Below, piece after piece: positions 39,801 through 52,857 of a stretch of 64,000 bases of DNA (the first letter of the stretch is position 1; each line of letters opens with the position of its first letter). The DNA is from Mobula hypostoma (Eukaryota). Location of the stretch: NCBI RefSeq assembly GCF_963921235.1, contig NC_086109.1:18354001-18418000 (forward strand), written 5' to 3'. Both the position numbers and the translations under genes were made by a program. The notes beneath the pieces were generated by a model that was not told the DNA's origin, did not search any database, and worked only from the letters and a program-made list of their open reading frames with translations.

Positions 39801-41360
39801 ATGTCCATAGTACATTTCCCTGCAAAAACATCATCCCAATTCACACCCACAAGTTCTAGCCTTATAGCCTCATAATTTGCCTTTCCCCAATTAAAAATTT
39901 TCCTGTCCTCTTTGATTCTATCCTTTTCCATGATAATTATAAAGGCCAGGGAGCGGTGGTCACTGTCCCCCAGATGCTCACCCACTGAGAGATCTGTGAC
40001 CTGACCCGGTTCATTACCTAGTACTAGATCTAATACGGCATTCCCCCTGGTCGGCCTGTCCACATACTGTGACAGGAATCCATCTTGGACACACTTAACA
40101 AATTCTGCCCCATCTAAACACTTGGAACTAATCAGGTGCCAATCAATATTAGGGAAGTTAAAGTCACCCAAGATAACAACCCTGTTATTTTTGCACCTTT
40201 CCAAAATCTGCCTCCCAATCTGCTCCTCTGTATCTCTGCTGCTACCAGGGGGAATACCCCCAATAGAGTAACTGCTCCCTTCCTATTCCTGACTTCCACC
40301 CATATTGACTCAAAAGAGGATCCTGCTACATTACCCACCCTTTCTGTAGCTGTAATAGTATCCCTGACCAGTAATGCCACCCCTCCTCCCCTTTTTCCAC
40401 CCTCTCTATCCCTTTTAAAGCACTGAAATCCAGGAATATTGAGAATCCATTCCTGCCCTGGTGCCAGCCAAGTCTCTGTAATGGCCACTACATCATAATT
40501 CCATGTATGTATCCAAGCTCTGAGTTCATCACCTTTGTTCCTGATGCTTCTTGCACTGAGGTACACACATTTCAGCCCTTCTACCTTACTGTCTTTACAC
40601 GGTTTATTCTGCTTCTCTTTCCTCAAAGCCTCTCTGTATGTTAGATCTGGCTTTACTCCATGCACTTCTTGCACTGCTCTATCGCTCTGATAAACTTCTT
40701 GATAAACTTGGGAACCTGGGAATGTTTGGGAACCTGGCCCCCCATGTAAAATCATAAATAACAAGCCTATTTGTTATCCTTAATTCAGATCTGAATTTTA
40801 AATCCCACATAAAGAAAGTGAACAGAGCAGCATTTTTACACATAGAAATATAGCAAAGGGACATCCGTTTCTGTCATGTAATGATGCTGAAAAACTAATT
40901 CACGCCTTTACATCAAATAGACTAGATTACTGCAATGCACATTTTACTGGCCTTCCAAAGCAAACTTCAACTCTGAAAGAACACCGCTACAAGACTTTTT
41001 AACTAAAACCAGGAAAAGGGAGCATATCACTCCGTCCTAACTACTCTGAATTGGCTTTCTGTATTTTTTTATAATTGATTTTAAAGTTCTCTTACTTGTT
41101 TTTAAATCTCTCAATCGTCTGGGACCAGAGTACAACCCAGTATCACTTTCATCTTATAATCCTGCTCAAGCTCTCAGAACCTCTTCCACAGATCTCTTAA
41201 ATTTAAACAATCTCCCTCAAAAGACAATTGGCAGGTCGGAGTTTCTGAACTATACTCCCGAACTGTGGAACTCAATACCTAAAACCATAAGGTATGCAGA
41301 CTCAGGTGACATTTTTAAACACCAGCTCTAAACCTACTTATTTAACCTTGCTTTTAATTA
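36891..41360 (+). mobile_element. Decayed L2-clade LINE (36891-37724 and ~40691-41360), split by a CR1 insertion
   Basis: Peptides VKPLLNKPKLDIEVLANYRPVSKL, QSGFRANHSMETALTKVV and YADDT. After the CR1: DAEKLIHAFTSNRLDYCNA and a REHITP/IDFKVLLLVFKSLN-type C-terminus. Confidence 0.85.
37725..40690 (-). mobile_element. CR1 LINE, near-complete ORF2 (APE endonuclease plus RT) with one frameshift
   Basis: EN motifs VYLSARSIRNK, DVVAITETW, RGGGVALLV and ILGDFNFP. The 804-aa ORF 37790-40204 has NYRPVSLTS, DFSKAFDKV, SGVPQGSALGP and KFADDTK. (CATAGAA)n tail at 37727-37741; frameshift near 40250. Confidence 0.95.
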
Positions 41361-41897
41361 ATATATTTTTGTCTTTGATTTTCATTTTTGGAAAAATGAA
41401 AAGTGATAGCTTTTTTACAGCAATCCAGCCAGGAGTTTCATGGTAAGTGTTATCAAGATCAGCTTTTTTGCTGAAATTCCAGATATTACAATTTGAATAT
41501 AAATTTCTTGACAATCATGATGGGGTTTTAACTCATGACTCTGGATCAATTGTCCAGGACTCCGGCAACTAGTTCAGTAACTTAAGCCTTAAACTGGCCT
41601 TAAGATAACTACGGCCATTCTGACTTATTTTTTAACAATTTGGAAGACTTACATTCACTATACTGGGTGTACAGTGTGATTTTGATTCAAGCTGTATCAA
41701 CTGTTAAAAATGATTTTTGCCTTAGTTCAAAGTTGAACATTACTGCTAAACTCAACTACTTTGGACACGGATGCTGAATCTCTGATCACATTGAATTTTA
41801 CAGCTTTTGATCACCGTTTTAGAATCACGGACAATGGTAACTATTGTCCCCCATCCCTTATTGTTCTTGAGAACAGGGTGAGTCACTTACTTCAACT

Positions 41898-42250
41898 GGT
41901 GTGTGTATGTGTGTTTGTGTGTGTGCGTGTGTGTTTGTGTGTGTGCGTTTGTGTGTGTGTGCGTTTGTGTGTGTGTGTGCGTTTGTGTGTGCTTGTGTGT
42001 TTGAGTGTGTATGCATGTGTTTGTGTGTGCGTGTTTGTGTGTGTGTACGTGTGCATGTGTGTTTGTGTGTGTGCGTTGCGTTTGTGTGTGTGTGTTTGTG
42101 TGTATGTGTTTGTGTGTGCATTTGTGTGTATGTGTGTTTGTGTGTGCGTTTGTGTGTTTGTGTGTGTGCATGTGCGTTTGTGTGTGTATGCGTGTTTGTG
42201 TGTGCATGTGTTTGTGTGTGTGTGCGTGTGCGTTTGTGCGTATCTGCGTG
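41898..42250. repeat. Degenerate (GT)n/GTTTGT microsatellite, ~350 bp
   Basis: Seen directly; explains the VC- and HT-rich ORFs in the track. Confidence 0.95.
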
Positions 42251-42259
42251 TCCATCACA

Positions 42260-42560
42260 AGCAATGAGGGTGACTGCCATGCTTGGGTGGTGACATCCTT
42301 GGGTGGGTGTGTTTGTGACGTCGTCACTTGCACGTGAGTTTGATTAAAGTGAGGGAGAGTTGTGCAGGTCGCCAAACTCACTCTCTTCTCCTAGTCTATC
42401 TGGATCCAGTGTCAAGACAAGAGTCAAGACGACTGGAGATAGGTCAGGGTGCTGTGGATGACTAGGACGATCTACGTGTGTTGACTTGCTCTCCGCGCTC
42501 CACAACACGTGCTGGGAAATGCCTTCAACTGCTACACATCTGCTGAAGGTGCTCCCTCAA
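42260..42560 (-). mobile_element. RTE-type LINE 5'UTR or RTE-derived SINE relic
   Basis: Motif ttaaagtgagggagagttgtgca...ctcactctcttctcc...tggatccagtgtcaagacaagagtcaagacgactggagat, recognised from memory. Confidence 0.5.
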
Positions 42561-43162
42561 CGCAGGAGTGTTTCAGAACCAGCAATGATGAAGGAACAGT
42601 CACATTTCTATAAGTCAGCATGTACCTAAGAGATTCAGATTTATTTATCGTGTATGCATCGAGACATATGCATAGTTTGGGTGACTAAGATGTTTGTGCA
42701 GTACTGTAGCAATTTTATATATTGCACTGCACTGCTGTAAAAAGAAACAAATTTCATGACTTATGTGAGTGATGATAAACCTGATTCTTATATGGGTCTC
42801 TATTGTGGACTGAGAGTGGGAAACGGGTAGGGAGAGGGGAATCATGGATAGGAAAAGGGGAAGCAAGAGGGGAGGGAGCAGGAAGCACAGATGAGATGTT
42901 CTGTAATGGTCAATAAACCAATTGTTTGGAATCAAATAATCTTGCCTGGTGTCTCAGGACTGGGTGTGTCTGCACTCGTGCCAATCCTCGACCCTGGCAC
43001 TCCTTCTCTCCCACCTGACCCACACCGCACCTGCGGCACACCACCTTCATCATTCCCAACATCCATGTGCAGTCAAGGTGTTTCAATTGATTGTAGTAGA
43101 AGTACACCTGTATCTGGTAGGTCCTGCTGCTGGTGAGTCAGTATCCTGACAAAAACTGCACC

Positions 43163-43621
43163 ATGAAGAAAAAAGAACACTCCAAGCAACTCTGCGAAAA
43201 TGTTATTGTAAAGCACAAGTCAGAAGACAGATACAAGAATACTCATAAGTCACTAAATATCTTCTGGAGTACAGTTAAGTTAATCCTCAAGAAATGGAAA
43301 GAATATGGCACAGCTGTAAATCTGCCTAGAGCAGGACGTCCTCAAAAACTGAATGAACATGCAAGAAGGGAACTAGTGAGGGAGGCCACCAAGTGTCCTG
43401 TGACAACTCTGGAGGAGCTACAAGCTTCAGTGGCTGAGATGGGAGAGACTGTGTATACAACTGTTGCCCACATGTTTCACCAGTTGCAGCTTTATGGGAG
43501 AGTGGCAAAGAGAAAGCCGCTGTTGCAAAAAACTCACATGAAATCTCATCTAGATTTTGCCAGAAGGCACATGGGAGACTCTGAAGTCAGCCGGAAGAAG
43601 TCTCTATGGTCTGATGAAACC
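43163..43621 (+). pseudogene. Tc1/mariner transposase N-terminal fragment, truncated at the first catalytic Asp
   Basis: Encodes MKKKEHSKQLCENVIVKHKS...WSTVKLILKKWKEYGTAVNLPRAGRPQKL...GRVAKRKPLL...LWSDET, immediately followed by a PLE-type repeat. Confidence 0.9.
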
Positions 43622-45564
43622 GCATACTCCAGAGATGCTGGAAATCTCAAGCAACATACACAGTGCGTTGGATTAACTCAGTTGGTCAGGCAGCAACCAT
43701 GGAGAGGAGTGAACAATCAACACTGAGTTGCCCCAGCATTTTGTGTGTGTTGCTCCTGCACATCTATCCCCATCTCCTTATCACCTGCTTTCTTTCCCCT
43801 CTCCCACCAACTTCATCTGCCCATCACCCACACACCCCTCCCACCACCTCCCTTATTTGGTTCCAATCACCTTCCTTTCCTATCATATCCCATCATCTAC
43901 AGCATTTTGTTGCCTCCAGCTTTCACCTCCCAGCCTCCCCCATTATCTCCACCCTGGCCTCCCCCACCTTACTCCATCTGCCAATCACTCAGATCCACTT
44001 ATCTTGCCCAACCCTTCCCTTCACCTCTCAAAACTGGCTATCTCACCTTTACTATTTCCGACTAGAGGACCTGAAATATTGATTGAACATTTTCCTCCAC
44101 AGATGCTGCCTGACTTGTTGAGTTCCTCCAACAGTATGATTTTGCTCAGGCATCCATCATGTACAGTTAATTATATTTCCTCATTCTTCCTATTGCTTTG
44201 CTTCTGATGTCCATCGAAATGGTGTGATAAAAGACAATTGGATTAAATAGATGCCTTGATTAATGTCAAATTACTAACAAGCAACATCAGGTATTTGATT
44301 CAGATTCCAATTCATTTATTTATCACGTGTACATCGAAACATACAGTGAAATGTGTCATTTGCGTCAGCAGCCATCACAAACTAAGAATATGCTGGGGGC
44401 ATATTCAAGTGTCAGCACACTTTCCAGCACCAACACAGCATGAAAGCAATGTTCAACAGAACCGTAGCAAAACAAGGCCCCCTTTCCCTCCCATCCACCC
44501 ACCATCTCATGACCACATGAGGGGCTTCGAACCCTAGGACAGGCCACCTCCAGGCCTTCAGCCTCCATTGAACTTGCAGACATCAGGCCTCCAATTTCCC
44601 CAAAGGACTCACAGACTCGCTGACCTGGTGCTTTGGCCATCGGGCCCTGACTTCAGGACTTCTGATCGACCTCCAGTATCAGGCACAAGTCACTGCTATA
44701 ACGGGATCCCAAACTCCAGGCTTCGAACCCTGACTCACCGACGACAGGATCCCGAACTCCAGGCCTCGATAATGGAAGAATAGCGGGTTGTGATTCAGGT
44801 AGTTTTATGCTCAAAACTACCTAAATCCCAACCCATTATTCCTCCTTCTGTTCTGCACAGATACCCTCACATCTGAGAGAACTTTCCAGAGTCCTGGCAA
44901 GGTTAATGCCACAGCTGTTTCACACATGCAGATCCATTTCCTTCAAATAACCCTTTATATCAGAGTAAAGGTCCTGGATAAAACAGCGGGAGAACAGACG
45001 ATATTTAAGGGCTTGGCAGATTCTCAAATATTGCACAGCTCAAGGGCAAATATCTGGCACCCAGTACTAGTGACACTCGAGAAAACATGACCAAACTATA
45101 TTTAGAATGGGCAAAACAAAAAGCTATGCTGTGGCATGCTGGCAGGAGTATTGTGCCCTTTCTCTCTTCCACTGTGTCAGACACCACAGACCTCCTTAAG
45201 GTTTCAGCTGATTGGTTAAATGTAATTTTAAAATCAAGGGCTCTCAGCAAAGAAACTCTGAGACTCTTCCTTACAGAATGAACAACTGTAATTCAGGGCC
45301 TCCCCCGGGGCTGCCAATCCCCACAGATTCACTCCACAGTGCCCAGGAATTGAACATTAATCTCCAGGGCAGTGGCACCCAAAAATACTCCTGGAGGCAA
45401 AGGTGTGCTTTTCATCTTCCTGAAATGTTTAACGTACTGGTAATAAAAATGACATTCAAAACAAAAAAACTAAAGACTTTGACTGGGTGCGGCAGTCGGA
45501 GAGGGAGTACACAGTGAAAATTGAGCCATCCAGCCAGCATTAGGAAGATAATCCTTCCCAAAAA

Positions 45565-46035
45565 GACAAGAAATTCTGCAGATGCTGGAAATCCAAGCAA
45601 CGCACACAAAATGCTGGGGGAGCTCAGCAGGTCGGGCACTACCTATGGAAATGAGTGCAGTCGACGTTTCGGGCCGAGACCCTTCAGCAGGACTGGAGAA
45701 AAAATGTTGAGGACTCAGAGTTAAAAGGTGGGGGGAGTGAGAAACACAAGGTAATAGGTGAAAGTGAGAGGGGGGAGGGATGTAGTAAAGAGCTGGAATT
45801 GATTGGTGAAAGAGATACAGGGCTGTTGAAGTGGGAATCTAATAGGAGAGGACAGAAGGCCATGGAAGAAAGAAAAAGAAGGAGGAATACCAGAGGGGGG
45901 CGATGGGCAGGCAAGGATAAGGTGAGAGACGTTAAAGTGAATGGGAAATGGTGGGGGGTGGGGGGCTATTACCATAAGTTTGAAAAAAAATGTTCAATCA
46001 ATGTTCATGCCATCAGGTTGGAAGCTACCCAGATG
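45565..46035. mobile_element. PLE-derived terminal repeat with variant hammerhead core (45659-45694, minus strand)
   Basis: Head ctgcagatgctggaaatccaagcaac. Minus strand reads AGUC-CUGCUGA-AGGGUCUCGGCCC-GAAACGUC-GACU; a purine-rich body follows. Confidence 0.7.
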
Positions 46036-46473
46036 GAGACTTCTCAACTCTTGCTCTCTTTATAGCAAGGGTTCCCAATCTTTTTTTATGCCATGGAGCC
46101 TTACCATTAACCAAGGAGTCCATGAACCCTTACTTTTAACGTCCTGATTTATTACTTTTTCTTTTCCACCTTACCTCATCTTTGCTCAAGAAAGATGCTT
46201 GTTTCCTATAGTAAGTGGGAATCAGTGCCAGGCAATGAAGAATTGATCCCTGTTCCAATTCACCCTCAATATGCTAGCAACACCTCAAAGCTGGTAATCA
46301 TCACTCATCTCCTAGTTATTTCAGAAGGACGTGGTAGCATTTTCCCTGAGCCATTACAAACGATTGGAAAACAGAATGGTTTAACAGCATTTGCAGAACA
46401 CTAGTTAGGCATCAAACTAATTAGTGTGGGATAGAAAACTCAGTAACAAGAACAGATTTATTCCCCTGCAAGA

Positions 46474-46703
46474 TACAGTTCTGTGTAGAAGTCTTAAACA
46501 CAAATATATAGCTAAGACATTTGCACAGTACTGTATATTGATTAAAATAGGAAGTTGGCTGAGAAACAGAAATGAGAGTATTAAACTTTTTATCAGCTGA
46601 GTAGAATTAAGTGATATTTGGTAACTGGAAAGACATAATATACAGTACTGAGCAAAATTCTTAGGCACCCTAGCTATATATATGTTCTTAAGACTTTTGC
46701 ACA
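46474..46703. mobile_element. Two ~62-bp TIR-only Tc1 mini-elements (46474-46535 and 46641-46703)
   Basis: Both match the pattern tacagt.ctg.g.a.aa.tctta...taagac.tttgcaca(gtactgta), with the same TIR as the 7985-8396 element. Confidence 0.7.
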
Positions 46704-47039
46704 TTAATAAATCTCTTTCAGGGCTTTCCAACAAGAAGGCAGATTCTTGATCACTTTCATAAATTGGTTTTGATTATTGATACAGTGAGTGTAATCATCT
46801 TGCCTTGAAATGTAGTGGATTAGCTTTATGAAAACCCTAAACCCTGATGTTTTGGTATGCTGGAGGTCACCTCTGAGTTGAAATTTAAATTGACCAATTA
46901 TCTTCAAACTGAATTGAAAATTGTAGATCATGAGATGAACATTCTGCAATGAGTGACTTGTTTCTTGTTCCTCCAAAGACTTTCAATTGGTACAGGTATC
47001 AATTAACATGGTTTGGAGGCTTGAGTGGAGAACTGTGTA

Positions 47040-47330
47040 GGATGGAGTCAGTGCTTTATGCTTTGGCTCTTGGTAGGGTCACCCATGCTAAGCAGGTCAA
47101 AGAGTACAGGACAGATTGAGTGGTCTACTGGTTCTCCAAATTTGGAGGTCCGCTCAGGGCTAACAACCCTGACTGGTAAAACAAAATTGTTAAGGAAACA
47201 GCAATGAAGAATCCTTCCACATCTGAGTGTGATGGTATTCCTGAGTCCCCACCTGGAACTTGCATAACTGACTGCAGTGAAAATCGAGAGGAAGCTACTG
47301 ACACAATGAAGGAAGGCCTGAGACATAACA
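47040..47330 (+). mobile_element. RTE-like LINE 5' region relic
   Basis: ggctcttggtagggtcacccatg...cagggctaacaaccctgactggtaaaacaaaattgttaaggaaacagcaa resembles RTE 5'UTRs. Confidence 0.5.
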
Positions 47331-48969
47331 GACAGTAAGTAAGTTACATTGGCATTGATTACAGTGCCAACTTCCACTCTCACTTCTGTGAACTGAATTA
47401 GCATAAATCAACTGGTGAAGTTAGTCAGCCAACAGACAAATTATGGAACATTGACGTGAAGATAACTTGAATCCCGTCACAGCGGATGGGAATTTAAACT
47501 TGGGTCATTAAACAACTTAATAAAAAAGGTAGTCTTACTAATGGCACAAGTGAAAAAGCCTGACTGACTTACGAATGTACTACAAGGACACAAATTTTCT
47601 GTGTCTTACAAGCCTGAAGTAAGTATGGCCCCTGGACCTCAAGTGTGGTTTTCCAACAGGAAGTCATATTCTTGATCACTTTTATAAATCACCACCTTAG
47701 TTTCATAAGCCAATAAGGTACAGGAGCAGAATTAGGCCATTTGGTCCATCGAGTCTGTGCTGCCATTTCATCATGGTTGATCCATTTTCCCTCTTAGCCC
47801 CAATCTCCTATCTTCTCCCCATGCCCGGACTGATCAACAATCTATCAACCTCTATCTTAAATATACCCAATGACTTGGCCTCCTCAGCTGCTTGCGACAA
47901 CGAATTCCACAGGTGCACCACTTTCTGGCTTAAGAGATTCCTCCTCATCTCCATTGCAAATGGACAGCCCTCTATTCTGAAGCTTTGTCCTCTGGTCTTG
48001 GACTCCCCCACCATAGGAAAACATCCTCTCCGCATCCACTATATTGAGGCCGTTCAACATTTGATAGGTTTCAATGAATACTGCCAAACATAGGCTAACA
48101 CTCCCACACAATGCAGAGATATGCTCCATTGTTGCGGAAGCTATCTCTCAGAATAGAAACTTACTAAGTGATCTGCCTTCTTCAACCACTGCAGTCCTTG
48201 AGTGAGCAAATGAGTCCATAGCTTCTCAAGGCAATTAGGGATGGGCAGTTAAATGTCTGCTCAGCCAGCGAGGGCAAGATCCTTGAATGTTTAAGTAAAA
48301 AGTAGGCATCATCCCCAATGTCCTGGCCAGTACTTATCTGCTAACACAACCATAAAAAAATATTGTTTGATGGCATTCTGCTAACAACAAATTGGCTGTT
48401 GATCTGTTTCAACTGTAGAAGCAATGCAATGTGAAACATTTTAGATTTCCTGAAAAGATGCAAGAGGTGCTACAGAAACGTAAGTCACCAAGACTGGAGG
48501 TAGAGGCACGAAGGTCAAATCTGAGGGTCCAGGCCAGAAACTGAGATTAGAGACCTGATATCTGCAAGTTTATGTGTCCAGGCCAGAGACTGGACATTGG
48601 AAACCCAAGTTATGTGAGTTTGAATCTCTGGGGCTAAGGACTGGAGACCTGGAGATGGCCTGTCCCTGGGTTTGGAACCCTGTGTAATGAGGGTAGGAAA
48701 AAATAGCTTATTTTACTGTTGTCTTGTTTTGATCTGCTGTTGTTGTTGCTTTCATCGTTCTGTGTTGTGTTGAACATTATAGGCATGTTACGTCGGAGAC
48801 GGAGTGTGTGGTGACATTCTTGGATGTGTTGGTTGTTAGCACAAACAACGCCTTTCACTGTTTGTTTTGAAGTACATGTAATAAATAAATCTGAATCTGA
48901 TATCTTGTATCTGGGACTTAACACTTTTGATATGGTAAATCCTAATATATATAATTTCTTAAGATGTCA

Positions 48970-49385
48970 GTTGTAAAATTAGTCAGCTCCATCATGGATA
49001 CTAGCCTCCGTGGTACCCAAGACATCTTCAAGGAGCGGTGCCTCTGAAAAGCAGCTCCATCACCAAGGACCCCACCACCAAGGATATGCCCTCTTCTCAT
49101 TGCTACCATCAGGAAGGAGGTACAGAAGCCTGAAGGCACACTCTCAACAATTCAGGGACGGCTTCTTCACCTCTGCATTGAACCCATGAACACTACCTCA
49201 TTGTTTTTTTTATTTCTGTCTTTGCACTACTTACCTTCATTTGACTATTTAATATACATATATATACTTAACGTAATTTAGATTTAAAAAAAAATATTGA
49301 TCATGTATTGCATTGTACTGCTGCCGCAAAGTCAACAGATTTCACGATGTATGCCGATGACATAAACCTGATTCTCATTCTGATA
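48970..49385 (+). mobile_element. Rex1/Babar-like 3' fragment
   Basis: Homologous to 7320-7812: gccctcttctcattgctaccatcaggaaggaggtacagaagcctgaag...taaacctgattct. Confidence 0.75.
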
Positions 49386-51241
49386 CCTTAACCTGAAACG
49401 ACAGGGAATTTATCTGATGTTCCGTCATAGTCCAGGGCTCTAGTTTACAAGTTTGTCCTAGGTGGCATAGATGAGGAAAATCTCAGACTGGTTTACACAC
49501 TGTCACTTTTACAGTATCAACAATCTCGGCCTCTGGCAGAGCATGTGTATTCTCTATGAGACCCTGTGCATTTCCTTCAGATGCTCTTCTTTCCTCCTAC
49601 ATCCCAATGAACTGCTGACTGGCAGGTTATCTGACCACTGCAGGTTGTCCCTAGTGCGAGGAGTTAAGAAAAGATGCGAGGGAAAATTAGCAGAGTACTG
49701 AGATTGTTCGGTGGGTTTATTTAGACACAATGGGCTGAAATCCAGTGTCATTAGCTCTATTTCTCATCCACAGATGCAGCTTGACCTGCTAAGTATTTCC
49801 AGAATTTCCTGTTTTTAATTGGGCTGACTAGCCTCTTCTGTGGTGTAAGGAGATATAGAACTTCATCCTTGGGGTTTGCCCCGTTGGCTGGAATAACTCG
49901 ATATTCTGCTGCTTCCTCGCAGTCACTGGGCTGGGGAAGAGGAAGGGAGAGGCAAGTCACAACCCAATGGTTTCCAGTTGGCAACTAAGCTCCTCAAGTG
50001 GCAGGGATGGATCATGCTGTCCCCTCACTCCTCTCCGCCAGTTCATCAAAAGATGGGCAAATAGCTAAAACAGCTATTAGCAAGACAACTTGGCAGAATA
50101 TCGAGGTCCAGTCATCAGCCAGTTTGGGGTCAATACTGAAATTTGATCAGAAGTCCAGAAGCTGAAGCTCAAAGGCCAAAGCTTGATGGAAGCCCAGATG
50201 CCGGTCCTACGGTTGGAGGACTGTCCGTGTGTGTGGAAGGGTGAGAGGGAGAAAAGGGGCTTCTTTTGCTGCTGTTATTTCGGTGCTTGTTGTGTTCTGT
50301 ATTGGTCTGTCGAGAACTGTGGGTTGCTATGTTGGCGCGAGGATGTGTGGCGGCTCTTGCGCACTGCCCCCAGCGCATTCTTGGGCTGTGTTGGTTGCTA
50401 ACAATAACAATACATCTCACTGTATTTTCCCATGTACATGTGATAACCAAAATGAATTTCAATCTGAATCAGAAGATGGCAGCTTCAGGACAGAATGCTG
50501 CCCGGACTTGAGGAAGAGGTTATGCAAGCTACAGCTCCGTTTCTTGGAGTATAAGAGATTGAGTGGTGGCAGAGTAGACTCGATGGGCCAAATGGCCTAA
50601 CTCTGCTCTTACAACTTATGGCCCTTTTATAGGGGTGGTAAAATCATGAGGAGCATAAATATTGCAGTTGTTTTCCCAAGGAAAGAGAACTGAAAACTGG
50701 AGGGCACAGAGAGCGGGCTGGATTTAAAATGAATCTGAAGGGCAACTTCTCATGCAGAGGGTAAATGGAATGAGCTGGCAGAGAGACCAAAGGGAAGTAA
50801 ATGGGCCCAGCTTAGGATGGACACTTTGATCAGCTTGGATGAGTTGGGCCGAAGTGCCTGTCTCCATGCTAAATTACTCTATGACCCTCTGTAAGATGAA
50901 AGAGAAAATTAACCAGAAGGGTAATTGGTAAGAAGAACCGAAGTGGAGAGAAGGAATTGTTAGTTTTAGCCGGTCAGTGTAATGTTCCAGAAAATATTAC
51001 TAGAAGTGGACTTGGCAGTGAGTTTTCATTAGGAAACTAGAAAATTAGATTAACTTCCATGAGACGGCAACAGCTTGAAGAGCCCTTTCAAAAGGGCTGG
51101 CACAGGTATGATGGGCGGAATGTCCCTCTTCTGCACTGTGTGATACCCTAAGGGAAAAGCCTTGGCCAGGATGAAGCTCCATTGCACAGGAATCCTGGGA
51201 ATCCAGTTTTATGGGTTGGGAGTATCACAAAATTGGGTTGA

Positions 51242-51484
51242 GCAGCACGGTAGCGTAACGCAATTGCAGCACCGACGACCCAGGTTCAATTCCCGCCACT
51301 GTCTGTAAGGAGTTTGCATGTTCTCCCCAAGGCCACTTGGGTTTCCTCTGGGTGCTCCGGTTTCCTCCCACATTCCATAGATTAGTAGGTTAATCGGTCA
51401 CAGGGGTGTAATTGGGTGACATGGGCTCTTTGACTCAGAAGGGTCAGCTACAGTGCTGTATCTCTAAATAAAATTAAATATAAA
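51242..51484 (+). mobile_element. V-domain tRNA-SINE (HE1-like)
   Basis: B-box ggttcaattcc, V-domain gggtttcctctgggtgctccggtttcctcccacattcca, CR1-like tail and A-rich end. Confidence 0.85.
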
Positions 51485-51916
51485 TCTTTCTAAATTCACG
51501 ACACACAAGGAAGGGCAGTCAACCCATGCCTACCACTCCCATCTTGCAGCATCCGAGCCCTTGTGTTGATGGTCAAACAAGCTCAGCCCTTCTTGCTGTC
51601 CCCAATTTGCCTTTCACTCTAACCCGCTCCTCCCCTTCCCACCAGGGGAAGGCATACTGTGGACGCATGCCAGGATTGCTTCTTACAAAAGAACGTATGA
51701 CATTTAGACATAAAGCAGGTGGGACTTGCACAGACAAGCCTCTGTATAACCTGGCAGCTTTTCAAAGCAGCGAGAAGGAAATGTGCAGGAACAGGCTTCA
51801 GTCTCTGTGTACTGACTCCGGGGCACATTGTTTATGAGACCTAGAAATGAGACAGTAAGACTGGTACCCTGGGAAATCCCTGCTCAAAAACCACCATCAC
51901 TTGCTTCTCCACAACT

Positions 51917-52857
51917 TACACTCAGTGGTCACTTGATTAGGTATGCCTATACACCCACTCGTTAATGCAAATATCTAATCAGCCAATCATATGGCAGTAA
52001 CTCAATGCACAAAAGCATGCAGGCATGGTCAAGTGGTTCAGCTGTTGTTCTGACCAAACATTAGAATGGGGAAGAAATGCCATTTACTGTATGAGACTTA
52101 ACCGTAACTGAGTATCTGAGAAACTGCTGATCTCTTAGGATTTTCACACGCAACATTCTTTAAGCGCTTACATGGAAAGCTGCGAAAAACAAAACACATC
52201 AAAGTTGCTGGTGAACGCAGCAGGCCAGGCAGCATCTCTAGGAAGAGGTACAGTTGACGTTTCGGGCCGAGACTCTTCGTCAGGACTAACTGAAAGAAGA
52301 GCTAGTAAGAAATTTGAGAGGGGGAAGGGGAGATCCAAAATGATAGGAGAAGACAGGAGGGGGAGGGATGGAGCCAAGAGCTGGATAGTTGATTGGCAAA
52401 AGGGATATGAGAGGATCATGGGACAGAAGGCCTAGGGAGAAAGAAAAGGGGGAGGGGGGATTAAAGCCCAGAGGATGGGCAAGGGGTATCATGAGAGGGA
52501 CAGAGGGAGAAAAAGGAGAGTGAGAAAAAGAATGTGTGCATATAAATAAATAACAGGTGGGATACGAGTAGGAGGGCACTCATCCAGTGAGTGGCAGTTC
52601 TCTGGGTGGAAATGTCTTGTTAGTGAGAGGGGTCAGAGGAGAATGGCCAGACTGGTTCAAGCTGACAGGAAGGTGACAATAACTCAAATAACCACGTGTT
52701 ACAATACAGTTGTGCAGAAGAGCTCTCTGAACACAGAACATGTTGAACCTTGAAGTGGATGGGCTACAGCAGCAGAAAACCTCAAAGGTACACTCAGTGG
52801 CCACTTTACTAGGTACCTCCTGTACCGATAATGCCTAATAAAGTGGCTACTGAGTGT
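51917..52857 (+). mobile_element. Tc1-derived non-autonomous element with a nested PLE terminal repeat (~52196-52579)
   Basis: TIRs acactcagtggtcac / gtggctactgagtgt; body homologous to 11893-12447. The insert is homologous to the 34831 arm and carries a hammerhead-like motif at 52252-52287 (minus). Confidence 0.85.

Noticed and set aside
41761..42381. Cys/Val- and His/Thr-rich ORFs
   Set aside because: Translations of a (GT)n microsatellite.
43851..47145. CArG boxes CCTTATTTGG (43851) and CCAAATTTGG (47136) as SRF sites
   Set aside because: Both lie inside repeat relics, and such matches are expected by chance in 64 kb.
51242..51300. tRNA gene
   Set aside because: The A/B-box-like head continues into the V-SINE body with no cloverleaf; the same applies at 27192, 58285 and ~10315.
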